Shown here: one piece after another, positions 1 through 9,293 of the stretch
How positions within the stretch are numbered: position 1 is the first letter of the stretch
How the letters are laid out: each line of letters opens with the position of its first letter
Source of the DNA: Bdellovibrio sp. ZAP7
GTDB lineage: Bacteria > Bdellovibrionota > UBA1018 > CAIMNF01
Length of the DNA stretch: 64,000 nt
Direction: 5' to 3'
NCBI GenBank assembly: GCA_945874535.1
Contig: CAMCGZ010000001.1
Coordinates: 28,471 to 92,470, forward strand
Translations under genes and position numbers: made by a program
Notes under the pieces: model-generated
What the model saw: only the letters and a program-made list of their open reading frames with translations
Databases searched by the model: none
What the model was told of the DNA's origin: nothing

Positions 1-60
1 CTGCCGTTCGTTGAAGGGCGAAGCACGACCTCCATAATCAGCAAAGCCCAGCTGAAATAA
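1..60 (+). CDS. Partial (3' end) RfaE/HldE-type nucleotidyltransferase (heptose-1-P adenylyltransferase/cytidylyltransferase family)
   Basis: Frame 1 reads LPFVEGRSTTSIISKAQLK*, matching the C-terminal (I/L)PxVxGxSTTxII motif of this family; only 19 codons are visible. Confidence 0.6.
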   Translation: MPFVEGRSTTSIISKAQLK

Positions 61-591
61 TCACTTCTGAGGCGCGTTCTTGTCGAACCATGCCACCGAC
101 ATCAACGACAGACCGAATACGATCCACGCAAAGAACATCGGTCCACGTGGAATATTCGCCTCGTCATAAGCGCGGAAAGCCGGACAAAAGAGGCAAGTGA
201 TGAAAATCCACCCGTATGCACCCCAGGTCAGTCCGATCCCGAAGCGATTGCCCCGATGATTGGTTCCGGTGAAGTGCGCATAGGTGGTTCCGAGCACGAT
301 GGCGAGCGTGAAGAACACCATCAGGCCGACCACGATTCCTGCACCCGAGCCATAAGCCATTGCGGTATTCCCGAGAATCGGAAGTGCCGAGATCCGGAAC
401 GGGGTGGTGATGTCCATGCCTTTGAAGGCGGAGTAGATCATCCCGAATACGAGCATCATCGCTCCGGCAAAAAGTCCTGCGAACACTCCGGCGCGAATCC
501 GCTCGGAACGATAACGGGTCCAGAGCGCGACAACGTTGTACTCGCCGGGAACGGAATCCGGATTAAAATTACGGTCTTTCATATGGTTCAT
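61..591 (-). CDS. Hypothetical membrane protein (about 4 TM helices)
   Basis: Hydrophobic Gly-rich segments; start uncertain (591, 582 or 624). Confidence 0.7.
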   Translation of the reverse strand: MNHMKDRNFNPDSVPGEYNVVALWTRYRSERIRAGVFAGLFAGAMMLVFGMIYSAFKGMDITTPFRISALPILGNTAMAYGSGAGIVVGLMVFFTLAIVLGTTYAHFTGTNHRGNRFGIGLTWGAYGWIFITCLFCPAFRAYDEANIPRGPMFFAWIVFGLSLMSVAWFDKNAPQK

Positions 592-645
592 AGGTGGATC
601 CCAATTTAACAAGGATCCACCCATGATTCCACGGCGAAAACAGAA

Positions 646-1635
646 TTATTTTGTCGAAGCCGGAGCGCGCGCTGCGTCGCCTGACGCTGCTGGAGCCACG
701 GGGGCAACCGCTTGGACTGGAGCCGCTGCCTGAGCCTGCGCCACATCCTTTTCGGCTGGGGTATTCTTGAAGGGAAGGTTCTGTGCCGATCCACCCGGAG
801 CCGCTTCAGGCTCGCCCTGGCGATCCCGCGTCAGACGTGCCTCGGGAACATAATAAAGACTGAAGCCCGCATAGATCTTGTTCGGGTCCTTGATCAACTG
901 GCGATTGTTCTCCCAAAGCTTCTTCCACTTGGCACGGGTTCCGTAAACATCTCCCGAAATCGTACCGAGTGTGTCTCCACGCTTGATCAGATAGCGCTCC
1001 CCGTTTCTTTCGATTGTGACCATACCCGCATCACTGAGGACGATTTTGGTTCCGGGAGGAACGTGGTTCGGATCCTTGATGGCCTTGCGGTTGGCTTCGT
1101 AAATTTCTTTCCAGCGATAGAGATCGCCATAATGCTCGAAAGCGATCTTCATGAGGGTGTCGCCGCGTCTCACACGGTAAGGCTTGCCATCCACCACAGG
1201 TGCGGATTCTGTTTCGGGAGCCGCCTTGGCCACCACCGAAGGTTCAGCCGGAACAGCCTCCTCGACCGGTGCAGGAGCCACAGGCTCGGTTTGGGCAACC
1301 GGAGCTTCGGCAACCGGCGCCTCGGCGACAGGCGCTTCGGCTGGAGGAGCCTCTGCCGGTGGCGCATCGGCTGCGGGAGCCGCGGCCAACGCAGGATCTT
1401 CAGCCACAGGTGAAGCGGCTTCTGCAGCCTTCACTTCTCCTTCCGGAGCCGGAGGCACATCAGCCACCTCGGGTACTGCATCTGTTGGAAGTGCGGAATC
1501 CGCCTCGCCGACTGCCGCAGTCTCGGGCGTATCACCACTGGGCTCATCCACCTGGGATGATGAACACGCGGTCATGGAAATCAATGCCAACAACAGCGCG
1601 GTTACCTTCAGGTGACGAAACTTGAAATAGTCCAT
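646..1635 (-). CDS. LysM peptidoglycan-binding lipoprotein (two LysM domains, Pro/Ala/Glu-rich linker)
   Basis: Lipobox MTAC; two LysM motifs (YRVRRGDTLMKIA..., YLIKRGDTLGTIS...); GGAGG SD. Confidence 0.9.
   Translation of the reverse strand: MDYFKFRHLKVTALLLALISMTACSSSQVDEPSGDTPETAAVGEADSALPTDAVPEVADVPPAPEGEVKAAEAASPVAEDPALAAAPAADAPPAEAPPAEAPVAEAPVAEAPVAQTEPVAPAPVEEAVPAEPSVVAKAAPETESAPVVDGKPYRVRRGDTLMKIAFEHYGDLYRWKEIYEANRKAIKDPNHVPPGTKIVLSDAGMVTIERNGERYLIKRGDTLGTISGDVYGTRAKWKKLWENNRQLIKDPNKIYAGFSLYYVPEARLTRDRQGEPEAAPGGSAQNLPFKNTPAEKDVAQAQAAAPVQAVAPVAPAASGDAARAPASTK
1290..1390 (-). repeat. Degenerate coding repeats (AEAPP/AEAPV units) in the LysM protein linker
   Basis: Translation APPAEAPPAEAPVAEAPVAEAPVA. 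Confidence 0.7.
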
Positions 1636-1653
1636 ACATGGCCTCCATCTTTC

Positions 1654-1681
1654 GGATCGGCGGGCCTCAAAAAAATCTTGA
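1654..1681 (-). promoter_or_regulatory. Candidate sigma28 (FliA) promoter of the LysM gene
   Basis: Minus strand TCAA-N16-GCCGATCC versus consensus TAAA-N15-GCCGATAA; spacer is one nt long. Confidence 0.45.
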
Positions 1682-1707
1682 AAAAAAATAACGTCAGGCG
1701 ACCGGGA

Positions 1708-2391
1708 TTACTTCTTGTAACAGTAACCGACGAACATTTCGGTCCGCTTGTGCTCCGCGTCCACGCGGAAAACCTTGAAGAACAAGTACCCTCTCGAGTC
1801 TTTGCGGATCCAGACTTCCGCAGGGGCTCCGACATCCTGATAAATCCCGAACTTGTTCTCGTTGATCCGGATGATCAGGGAGTTTCCGGACTGATTCAGT
1901 TCAAAAACTTGACGCTTATCATTGGTGAGGTTCTGACTGTTGACCCATCCGTTGTTCTTTCCGATCACCAAACGCTGCTCGACACGATCGGCAGCACCGG
2001 GAAACAGTGGCCCGTAATCCGGCGTCCCCTCGAACGAAACATTCATCTGCCGGATGACAATCTCACTCATCAAATTCGGGTCGGTGGCCTTGGTACTGAA
2101 ACAAATGGTCCGGGGATGCGGCTCATCGAGAAGGTCGAAGTCCGAAAGTCCGGGCCTCAATCTCGCCTCATCAAATGCCTCGGAAACGGCGGCATGCCGG
2201 GTCCTTCCTGCAGCATAAGGTCGAGAATCCTCGTCCTCGAACAGGCTCGAACCGGAGGTCGTCTGCTTGGCGGGTGTTCCGCGAGCCGGAGGAGCCTCCT
2301 CGTCCAAGCTATCCCGGACGGGCGGATCAATCGAGCAAGCCGAAACCGACCCCAACAGGACAGACAGCGCGAGGAACCGACGCAAGTTCAT
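1708..2391 (-). CDS. Hypothetical lipoprotein
   Basis: MNLRRFLALSVLLGSVSAC signal peptide/lipobox starting at ATG 2391. Confidence 0.75.
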   Translation of the reverse strand: MNLRRFLALSVLLGSVSACSIDPPVRDSLDEEAPPARGTPAKQTTSGSSLFEDEDSRPYAAGRTRHAAVSEAFDEARLRPGLSDFDLLDEPHPRTICFSTKATDPNLMSEIVIRQMNVSFEGTPDYGPLFPGAADRVEQRLVIGKNNGWVNSQNLTNDKRQVFELNQSGNSLIIRINENKFGIYQDVGAPAEVWIRKDSRGYLFFKVFRVDAEHKRTEMFVGYCYKK

Positions 2392-2411
2392 GGTTCTATT
2401 GAAACAAAGTT

Positions 2412-3056
2412 TCAACGGGAAAGAAAGAGGTCTTGCTGATCGAGGGAATCCAACACCCGATTGCAGATCACCTGGAAGTGGTCGGGGTTCGCGACAAAAT
2501 CGAGATCGTCGCTTTCGATCACCAACTTCTTCCCGATATCGTAGTGAGCGATCCATTCATCGTAGTAACGATTCAGGTTGGCCAGATAATCTTCGGGCAT
2601 ATCCTGCTCGTAATCCCGACCGCGCTTCTTGATCTGCTCCCGCAAACGCGGCAAGGACTTACGCAAATAGATCATCAAACCGGGGGGCTGGAGCGACCCG
2701 GTGATCACCCGGTAAACCTGGAGGTAGTTCTGATAGTCACGCTCTTCCATCAGCCCCTGCTCATACAGGTTCCGGGCGAAGATATTGGCATCCTCATAGA
2801 TGGTGCGGTCCTGAATGGCCGAGGAAGTGCCATCGGTAATGTCCTGATGAGCCCTGACTCGGTGGGTCATGAAGTAAATCTGGAGTGGAAAGCTCCACCT
2901 TTTCATGTCGGTATAGAAGTCTGCCAGATAAGGATTATCGGTGACTGACTCAAAGTGGGCGTCCCAAGCAAAATGCTTGGCCAGCATCGTGGTGAGCGTG
3001 GTTTTACCCGTACCGATGTTCCCTGCGACTGCGATAAAAATCTTTTGATTGGTCAC
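2412..3056 (-). CDS. Deoxynucleoside kinase (dCK/dGK family)
   Basis: P-loop GNIGTGKTT, DRTIYED, RGRDYE lid, NPYLADFY...WSFPLQ. Confidence 0.92.
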   Translation of the reverse strand: MTNQKIFIAVAGNIGTGKTTLTTMLAKHFAWDAHFESVTDNPYLADFYTDMKRWSFPLQIYFMTHRVRAHQDITDGTSSAIQDRTIYEDANIFARNLYEQGLMEERDYQNYLQVYRVITGSLQPPGLMIYLRKSLPRLREQIKKRGRDYEQDMPEDYLANLNRYYDEWIAHYDIGKKLVIESDDLDFVANPDHFQVICNRVLDSLDQQDLFLSR

Positions 3057-3228
3057 GGACCCCGTCCTCCCCTGGGCTGAATTGGAAAATTAGGCCGGGC
3101 GGGGCATTCTGTCCAGTGGGTCCGTGGGAGCGGGGCGTTTTTTCTCAGCCTGACGCGGTGCATGCGTGTTGACTTCCTGCCCCACTCCCCATAAATAGTG
3201 CTTCGCTTTAAATCCCACGGAGGTGTCC

Positions 3229-3615
3229 ATGAGTCCCAAAACTGTCATGCAACTGAAGTCCGAACTCCTGATCAAAAAGAACCAGCTGATGAATTTGCAG
3301 ATCCTGAACAAGCAGGCCGCCGTGGAAGACGAGTCCTCGATGAAAGACGTGATCGACCGCTCGGACTCGGAAGAGGCTTGGCACGCCAAAGAGCGGATGA
3401 GCATGCACCTCAAGACCGAACTCAAGCAGATCGACCTCTCCTTGCAGCGCATCGAAGCCGGAACCTTCGGAGACTGCGAGGACTGTGGAGTCGAGATTCC
3501 CGTGAAGCGCCTGCGCGTCAGACCCGACGCCACGCTCTGCCTGAATTGCCAGGAGGCATTCGAAAAAGAATCAGCGGGTACCCGCGGCGGTCAATCCGGC
3601 CAGCTCCTTCACTAA
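3229..3615 (+). CDS. TraR/DksA family C4 zinc-finger protein
   Basis: GTFGDCEDCG...RLRVRPDATLCLNCQ; coiled-coil tip DVIDRS; GGAGG SD. Confidence 0.88.
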   Translation: MSPKTVMQLKSELLIKKNQLMNLQILNKQAAVEDESSMKDVIDRSDSEEAWHAKERMSMHLKTELKQIDLSLQRIEAGTFGDCEDCGVEIPVKRLRVRPDATLCLNCQEAFEKESAGTRGGQSGQLLH

Positions 3616-4476
3616 GTCATCGTAGCGGAGGAACCCGCTCCACGGGCGCTGTCCTTCCCGCTCCATCCTGGTTTCAAACAAGGTCCGGTCTTTGAGATGC
3701 TTCTCGAGCCGGGCCTTTATTTTTTTGCGGAGATCATCTGGCAACCCCGTTGCGTTCATTCCGCGAATCAGCGGGAGCACCCAATCCGGCTTTTGGTCCA
3801 TCCATTGACGCAACAATCCCCTGAGTTCGGGGCCACGGCCCGTCTTGACCAGATACTCGGCATAAAATGCCGCAGGAACCTCTTCCGTCAGACATTCGCT
3901 CTTGGACGCAACTCCGGATCGGTAATCTTCGGCAGGCGTGAAAGCATCGGCCACCAGAAGCTTGAGCCCATAGACCCTGAGCTCCCGGCTCATCGCCCCC
4001 AGTGACCTGGCCTCCAACCAGCGGGTTTTGGCCTGGTCTTTTCGTCCGAGAACCAATTCGGCATGAATCAGCCGGGTGAGTACCAGTACATGACCGGACT
4101 CACGCGCGTGGGCTTGGGCGAATCGCTCCTGAGCATCCTGAAACCGCCCGAGTCCGAGCCAACGCATCCCCTCGTAATACAGATCTGCGGTCTCTTGCGA
4201 GAAAAACGTGGTCTGCGCGATCTGATGGAGTGATTTTGCGCGCTCGTCCCGAAACCAGGCGCCGGCAACCTTCAGCGCCTCCGCCCGACGCTCCAAAGCC
4301 AGATAGGCGCGAGCCAACTCTAGATCCTGTTCAATATTTTGACCTCGCTTGGGCTCGAGCGTGCGGACCACACCCGCCCAATCCTGGACCCGGAGAGCAT
4401 TGGCCCGGGACTCGGAGAACCCCGCGAGAATACAGAGAAAAAGACCGAGCAAAAGAATGGAAGCTTTCATGGGCAT
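3571..4476 (-). CDS. Secreted TPR-like helical protein
   Basis: N-terminal signal peptide; TPR-like repeats (YYEGMRWLGLGRFQDAQERF). Confidence 0.7.
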   Translation of the reverse strand: MPMKASILLLGLFLCILAGFSESRANALRVQDWAGVVRTLEPKRGQNIEQDLELARAYLALERRAEALKVAGAWFRDERAKSLHQIAQTTFFSQETADLYYEGMRWLGLGRFQDAQERFAQAHARESGHVLVLTRLIHAELVLGRKDQAKTRWLEARSLGAMSRELRVYGLKLLVADAFTPAEDYRSGVASKSECLTEEVPAAFYAEYLVKTGRGPELRGLLRQWMDQKPDWVLPLIRGMNATGLPDDLRKKIKARLEKHLKDRTLFETRMEREGQRPWSGFLRYDDLVKELAGLTAAGTR

Positions 4477-4505
4477 GGATTACACTCTAGGACAGTGTGA
4501 GGACA

Positions 4506-5687
4506 ATGCACCTGATCCGTCAAAGCTTGTTTTTGCTGTTCTTTTCATGGATGCAGGCCCACGCGGAGCTGCTACCGGAAATCGAAGCCGCAGTCTCTCA
4601 CATCATTCCCACCGAGATGAGCAAGAGCGGAAGAGTTTACCGCTTCAAGATCAAAGATGGAGAAGCACCCAGGACAGGAAGCATCATCCTGGTCCAACAC
4701 CGGAGCAAGCCGATCATGGCCTTCCGGGTTCTCAAGACCGAGGATGACGAAACCGGCTTTGTCGGCAAGCGCGTTCGCCGTTACGACACCGAAAGAGAAT
4801 TGAAGCTCCAGGAGGAGTACCTTTCGGCCGAAAAAGTCGCGAATCTCTTCGCGCCTCCTCCGATTGAAAACCGCTTCAATCCGGACGCGAAACCCGAGCT
4901 CGACCCGATCGGCGGAAAAGATTTGAATCCTCCGAGCAAAGATACCCAATTCAAGCTCGATCCGGACGCGCCTCCTTTGCTGGGCGACGGCGGGCCGACC
5001 CAGGGGTCGGGGCCGAAGAACGCCTCCTCCGGCGACTCCCGCGATATCAATCAATTCGACTCGGATCTGGATTACGGAACCTCACCCCGCAACCTGAAGC
5101 GCAGGGGCGACGAGGACGAGGGCGCACCCGAGCCTGACGACGGCAGCGACGAAGATTCGGAATCCGTGATCGAGGAAACCAAAATTTTCAATCCGTACCG
5201 GCACATGATCGGAGCGACGATCGGCAGCTTCCGTAACATGTCCTCATTCTCGATTCCCGGTGATACCCATTACGGATTCTCTCTTTGGTACAATCGCGTG
5301 ATTCAAAAGGGAGTCTGGATCTACAACCGGAAACTCCAGGACAGCCTTGCGATCGAGGGCGGGATCACTCATTACTCCCGTGTGAATTACACCGGGAACA
5401 ATGACGGCTACGACCTCCTGCCCTTCAAGGCCGAAATGGTCTACTCCCTCCATGTCAGTGAAAAGCTCGCTTTCCTCGCTCATGCAGGGTTGCAGTACAA
5501 TTGGATCTATTCGACCGATAACGTCAACCCGAACACCTTCCCGGCCCAAAGGCGTGCTCTCGACAGCCTTGCAGGAATCCAGCCCAATCTGGGGGCCGGC
5601 GTACTTTATCACATCGGACCCCAATGGTTCCTGCGCGCAGACGTCGGCCTAGATCGGCTCGCAATCGGCTTGGCGGTTAAATGGTGA
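4506..5687 (+). CDS. Putative outer-membrane protein with C-terminal beta-barrel
   Basis: Signal peptide, acidic/Pro-rich linker, alternating beta-strand pattern ending LAIGLAVKW (terminal aromatic). Confidence 0.7.
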   Translation: MHLIRQSLFLLFFSWMQAHAELLPEIEAAVSHIIPTEMSKSGRVYRFKIKDGEAPRTGSIILVQHRSKPIMAFRVLKTEDDETGFVGKRVRRYDTERELKLQEEYLSAEKVANLFAPPPIENRFNPDAKPELDPIGGKDLNPPSKDTQFKLDPDAPPLLGDGGPTQGSGPKNASSGDSRDINQFDSDLDYGTSPRNLKRRGDEDEGAPEPDDGSDEDSESVIEETKIFNPYRHMIGATIGSFRNMSSFSIPGDTHYGFSLWYNRVIQKGVWIYNRKLQDSLAIEGGITHYSRVNYTGNNDGYDLLPFKAEMVYSLHVSEKLAFLAHAGLQYNWIYSTDNVNPNTFPAQRRALDSLAGIQPNLGAGVLYHIGPQWFLRADVGLDRLAIGLAVKW

Positions 5688-5815
5688 TTCTACTGATCGC
5701 ACTCCTGATTCTCGCTCCGGCCTGTGGTGTGAAAAAATCACCCATGCCACTCTTCGCCCATCCTTCGGCGGAGCCCGTAACCAGCCCCACCCCGAATGGA
5801 AGGGACTCCCGATGA
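5681..5815 (+). CDS. Small lipoprotein, LptM/YifL-like (44 aa; not in ORF track)
   Basis: MVILLIALLILAPACGVKKSPMPLF...; CGxKxxP after the lipobox Cys; overlaps the upstream stop and the downstream ATG (ATGA). Confidence 0.6.
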   Translation: MVILLIALLILAPACGVKKSPMPLFAHPSAEPVTSPTPNGRDSR

Positions 5816-6993
5816 AACGCACACCCGCACCCGCTCTTTACCGGCTTTTTGCCATTTGTCCCGGGGGTCTGGATGAAGTCCTGAAAAAGGAAATCGAAAA
5901 ACTCCCCGCAACCGTGACCCACGCCTACCCGGGCGGAATCGAGTTCGAAGGAACCCTCGAAACCGCTTACCTCGCGACACTGAAGTTGCGAACCGCCTCC
6001 CGGGTGCTGCTCCTGCTCGGATCGCACAAGAAGATTTTCAAACCCGAAGAGCTGTATTCGACCATCCGCTCTTACGATTGGGACCAGCACTTCTCCTTGG
6101 ACGGTACCTTCGCGATCTTCCTGACGGAGAGTCACACCAAGGAGCGGAGAATTCCGGTGAATCCACAGTTCTGGGCCCTGAAGGCCAAAGACGCCGTGGC
6201 TGATTATTTTTTGCAGAAGCACGGGACGCGTCCGAATGTCGACCGGAAGGATCCCGATATCGCCATCCGGATGCACCTCCACGACCAGATTCTGAAGGTT
6301 TATCTCGATCTTTCGGGCCCGAGTCTCCACGAACGCGGATATCGCCGATCGAGCGTGGAAGCACCGATCAAGGAGAACCTGGCCGCAGGACTTCTCCTGC
6401 TCTCGGACTGGCAATACACCTGCAACGAAGGCCTCGGATTCCTGGACCCATTTTGTGGCTCGGGAACCCTTCTGGTCGAGGCCGCGCTGATCGCCACCCG
6501 GACCGCTCCGGGCCTGCTCAGGTCCCGCTTCGGATTCTTCGGCTGGAAGGACCACGATCCTGACCTCTTTGAACAGGTTCATGCCCGACTGAAAGGCGAA
6601 AGAATTCTCGACCCGGCCAAGCTGCCTCTCATGGTGGGATGTGACCGCGAAAAGGAGGCCGTGCAGGCCACCCGCGCGAATCTGGAGGCCGCAGGAATGG
6701 CCGATTTTGTCAGGCTGAAAGTCAATAGCTTCCAGGACACCACGGCATTCCAGGAAAAGGGACTGATCGTGATGAACCCTCCGTATGGAATCCGGCTCGA
6801 GGAGGTCGAAGGCCTGCGGGAAACCTACCGCGCCATCGGCTCCACCCTGAAGCACAAATACCCGGGATGGTGGGCGGGCGTCATCACCTCCGAGAAGACT
6901 TTGATGCACTCCATCGGCCTCAAGCCCGAGAAAAAGTGGCCCCTGCACAACGGGGGCCTCGAGTCCCAGTTCTCGCTCTTCAAAATGTACTGA
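5812..6993 (+). CDS. rlmL: THUMP-domain 23S rRNA m2G methyltransferase (RlmL-like)
   Basis: LHERGYR, APIKENLAA, DPFCGSGT, NPPYG motifs. Confidence 0.85.
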   Translation: MKRTPAPALYRLFAICPGGLDEVLKKEIEKLPATVTHAYPGGIEFEGTLETAYLATLKLRTASRVLLLLGSHKKIFKPEELYSTIRSYDWDQHFSLDGTFAIFLTESHTKERRIPVNPQFWALKAKDAVADYFLQKHGTRPNVDRKDPDIAIRMHLHDQILKVYLDLSGPSLHERGYRRSSVEAPIKENLAAGLLLLSDWQYTCNEGLGFLDPFCGSGTLLVEAALIATRTAPGLLRSRFGFFGWKDHDPDLFEQVHARLKGERILDPAKLPLMVGCDREKEAVQATRANLEAAGMADFVRLKVNSFQDTTAFQEKGLIVMNPPYGIRLEEVEGLRETYRAIGSTLKHKYPGWWAGVITSEKTLMHSIGLKPEKKWPLHNGGLESQFSLFKMY

Positions 6994-7067
6994 AAAATGT
7001 ACCGTTTCGGCGTTGAATTAGTCCCCTGCAGGTGGAAAAATGCGGTAAACCACTTCCGGAGGAATTC

Positions 7068-9293
7068 ATGGCCGACACAGGATCTTTACCCCGCTTTCAA
7101 GCTCTTCAAACCGTGACCACACGTAACCCCGGGAAGGTGACCCTCCCCACGGACGATAACGGAAACCTGCTGAAGGTTTCCGACTACTTCGGCATGAACA
7201 CCTTCAGCCTGAAGCAGATGAAAGACAAGCTGCCGAGCGATATCTTCAAGCGCTTCGTCGCCTCCACTCAAGCCGGAAAGAAGCTCGATATCGAGGTGGC
7301 CAACGCCCTCGCGCACGCCATGAAAGAGTGGGCGATGGAGAACGGCATCACGCACTACTGCCACTGGTTTCAACCCCAGACCGGCACCACCGCTGAGAAA
7401 CACGATTCCTTCCTCACCCTCGACAGCGCAGGCAATGCGCTTGAGCGGTTCTCGGGAGCCCAGCTGATCCAATCCGAGCCGGATGCATCGAGCTTTCCTT
7501 CCGGAGGGATGCGCACCACTTTCGAGGCGCGCGGTTATGCGGCATGGGATCCCACTTCTCCGATCTTCTTCGCTGAAATCGGCGGAACCCGTACCCTTTG
7601 CATTCCCTCGGTCTTTATCAGTTACCACGGCGACGCCCTCGACGAAAAAACGGGGCTTCTCCGGAGCAACGAGGCCCTGGCTGCCAGCACTCTCAAGCTG
7701 CTTCACCTGATCGGCGATACCGATGCCCGTCATGTCACCTCGACTCTCGGACCGGAGCAGGAGTATTTTCTGATCGATCGGGCTTTTTACACGCTCCGTC
7801 CGGATCTGATCATGTCCGGCCGGACCCTCCTCGGCGCCCACCCTCCGAAAGGTCAGCAGCTCGAAGATCATTACTTCGGGAGCATTCCGGCACGCGTCCT
7901 CGCTTACATGAGCGAAGTCGAGAGCGAACTCTTCAAGCTCGGAGTCCCGGCGAAAACCCGCCACAACGAAGTGGCGCCGATGCAGTTCGAGACGGCTCCG
8001 ATTTTTGAAGAAGCGAACGTGGCCATCGACCACAACCATCTCACCATGGAAGTGCTCAAGCGCGTGGCCAAGAAGCACCAATTCGAGGCCCTGTTGCACG
8101 AGAAACCCTTCGCTGGAGTGAACGGCAGCGGCAAACACAACAACTGGTCGATGATGGTCACTGAAGGCGGGCCCGAGCTGCAAGGGATGAATCTGCTCGA
8201 TCCGGGCAAGACCCCCCACCAGAACCTTCGCTTCCTTCTGATTCTGATGGCCACACTGAAGGGTGTTCACCAGCACGCAGGACTCCTCCGTGCCGCCATC
8301 GCATCGAGCGGAAACGATCACCGCCTTGGCGCAAACGAAGCGCCTCCTGCGATCATTTCGGTATTCCTCGGAAACATGCTCGACAACATGTTGAACGAGA
8401 TCGAAAAAGACGCTCACAAAGGGCTCAGCTACACGGAAGCCGTGATCAAGCTGGGGGTGAGCCGTCTTCCAACCGTGATGAAAGACAATACCGATCGCAA
8501 CCGGACTTCGCCGTTTGCCTTCACTGGCAATAAGTTCGAATTCCGCGCGGTGGGCGCTTCAGCATCGTGCTCTTTCCCGGTCACCTTGCTCAACTGCGCT
8601 GTTGCCGATGGGATCAATGAGATCACCACCGCACTCGAAGCCCGACTCAAAACCACGAAGTCGGTCGAAGAGGCCATCTTCTCTGTGGTGAAAGAAGTGA
8701 TTCGCGAGACCAAGTCGATCCGTTTCGAAGGAAACGGTTACTCGGGTGAATGGGTGGTCGAAGCCGAGAAGCGCGGGCTTCCGCATCTGAAGACCACTCC
8801 ACAGGCGCTTCATGAGATTGTCAGCCCGAAATCACTCGCACTGCTGACAGGACTCGGAGTGTTCTCGGCAGAAGAAGTGAAGTCGAGATTCCATGTCCGG
8901 ATCGAGATTTACAATAAAAAGGTGATGATCGAAGCCGAGACACTCGAAACCATCGTAGAAACCCAGATCCTTCCCGCCGCCTACCAATACTCGACCGTAC
9001 TGGCAGAAGGTGTTGCTGCAGCCAAGGCCATCGGCCTGAAGGCTCCGCAAGAAGAAGTTCTGGTACGACTCTACCAGACGCTGTCATCCGCCCAGGCCGA
9101 GCTGAAGAAACTCGACCGCACACTGGGGCAGATCCGCTCCAACGATAGCGAAGAGGCCAAAGCCGATCTCATCGCCGGTGACCTCAAGCCGGTGATGGAC
9201 TCGCTCCGGAAGGAATGCGACCAGCTCGAGAACATGGTGGCAGACGGCTACTGGCCCCTGCCCAAGTACCGCGAAATCCTGTTCTTATCCTGA
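7068..9293 (+). CDS. glnN: Glutamine synthetase type III
   Basis: HWFQP...AEKHD, EPDASSFPSGG, HEKPFAGVNGSGKHNNWS, DRNRTSPFAFTGNKFEFR, C-terminal WPLPKY; GGAGGA SD. Confidence 0.95.
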   Translation: MADTGSLPRFQALQTVTTRNPGKVTLPTDDNGNLLKVSDYFGMNTFSLKQMKDKLPSDIFKRFVASTQAGKKLDIEVANALAHAMKEWAMENGITHYCHWFQPQTGTTAEKHDSFLTLDSAGNALERFSGAQLIQSEPDASSFPSGGMRTTFEARGYAAWDPTSPIFFAEIGGTRTLCIPSVFISYHGDALDEKTGLLRSNEALAASTLKLLHLIGDTDARHVTSTLGPEQEYFLIDRAFYTLRPDLIMSGRTLLGAHPPKGQQLEDHYFGSIPARVLAYMSEVESELFKLGVPAKTRHNEVAPMQFETAPIFEEANVAIDHNHLTMEVLKRVAKKHQFEALLHEKPFAGVNGSGKHNNWSMMVTEGGPELQGMNLLDPGKTPHQNLRFLLILMATLKGVHQHAGLLRAAIASSGNDHRLGANEAPPAIISVFLGNMLDNMLNEIEKDAHKGLSYTEAVIKLGVSRLPTVMKDNTDRNRTSPFAFTGNKFEFRAVGASASCSFPVTLLNCAVADGINEITTALEARLKTTKSVEEAIFSVVKEVIRETKSIRFEGNGYSGEWVVEAEKRGLPHLKTTPQALHEIVSPKSLALLTGLGVFSAEEVKSRFHVRIEIYNKKVMIEAETLETIVETQILPAAYQYSTVLAEGVAAAKAIGLKAPQEEVLVRLYQTLSSAQAELKKLDRTLGQIRSNDSEEAKADLIAGDLKPVMDSLRKECDQLENMVADGYWPLPKYREILFLS

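Noticed and set aside
5677-6948. 423-aa antisense ORF (also 7086-8417, 18540-19928, 46889-48493 and similar)
   Set aside because: Shadow ORFs opposite well-supported genes, expected from GC-rich codon bias; no recognisable motifs
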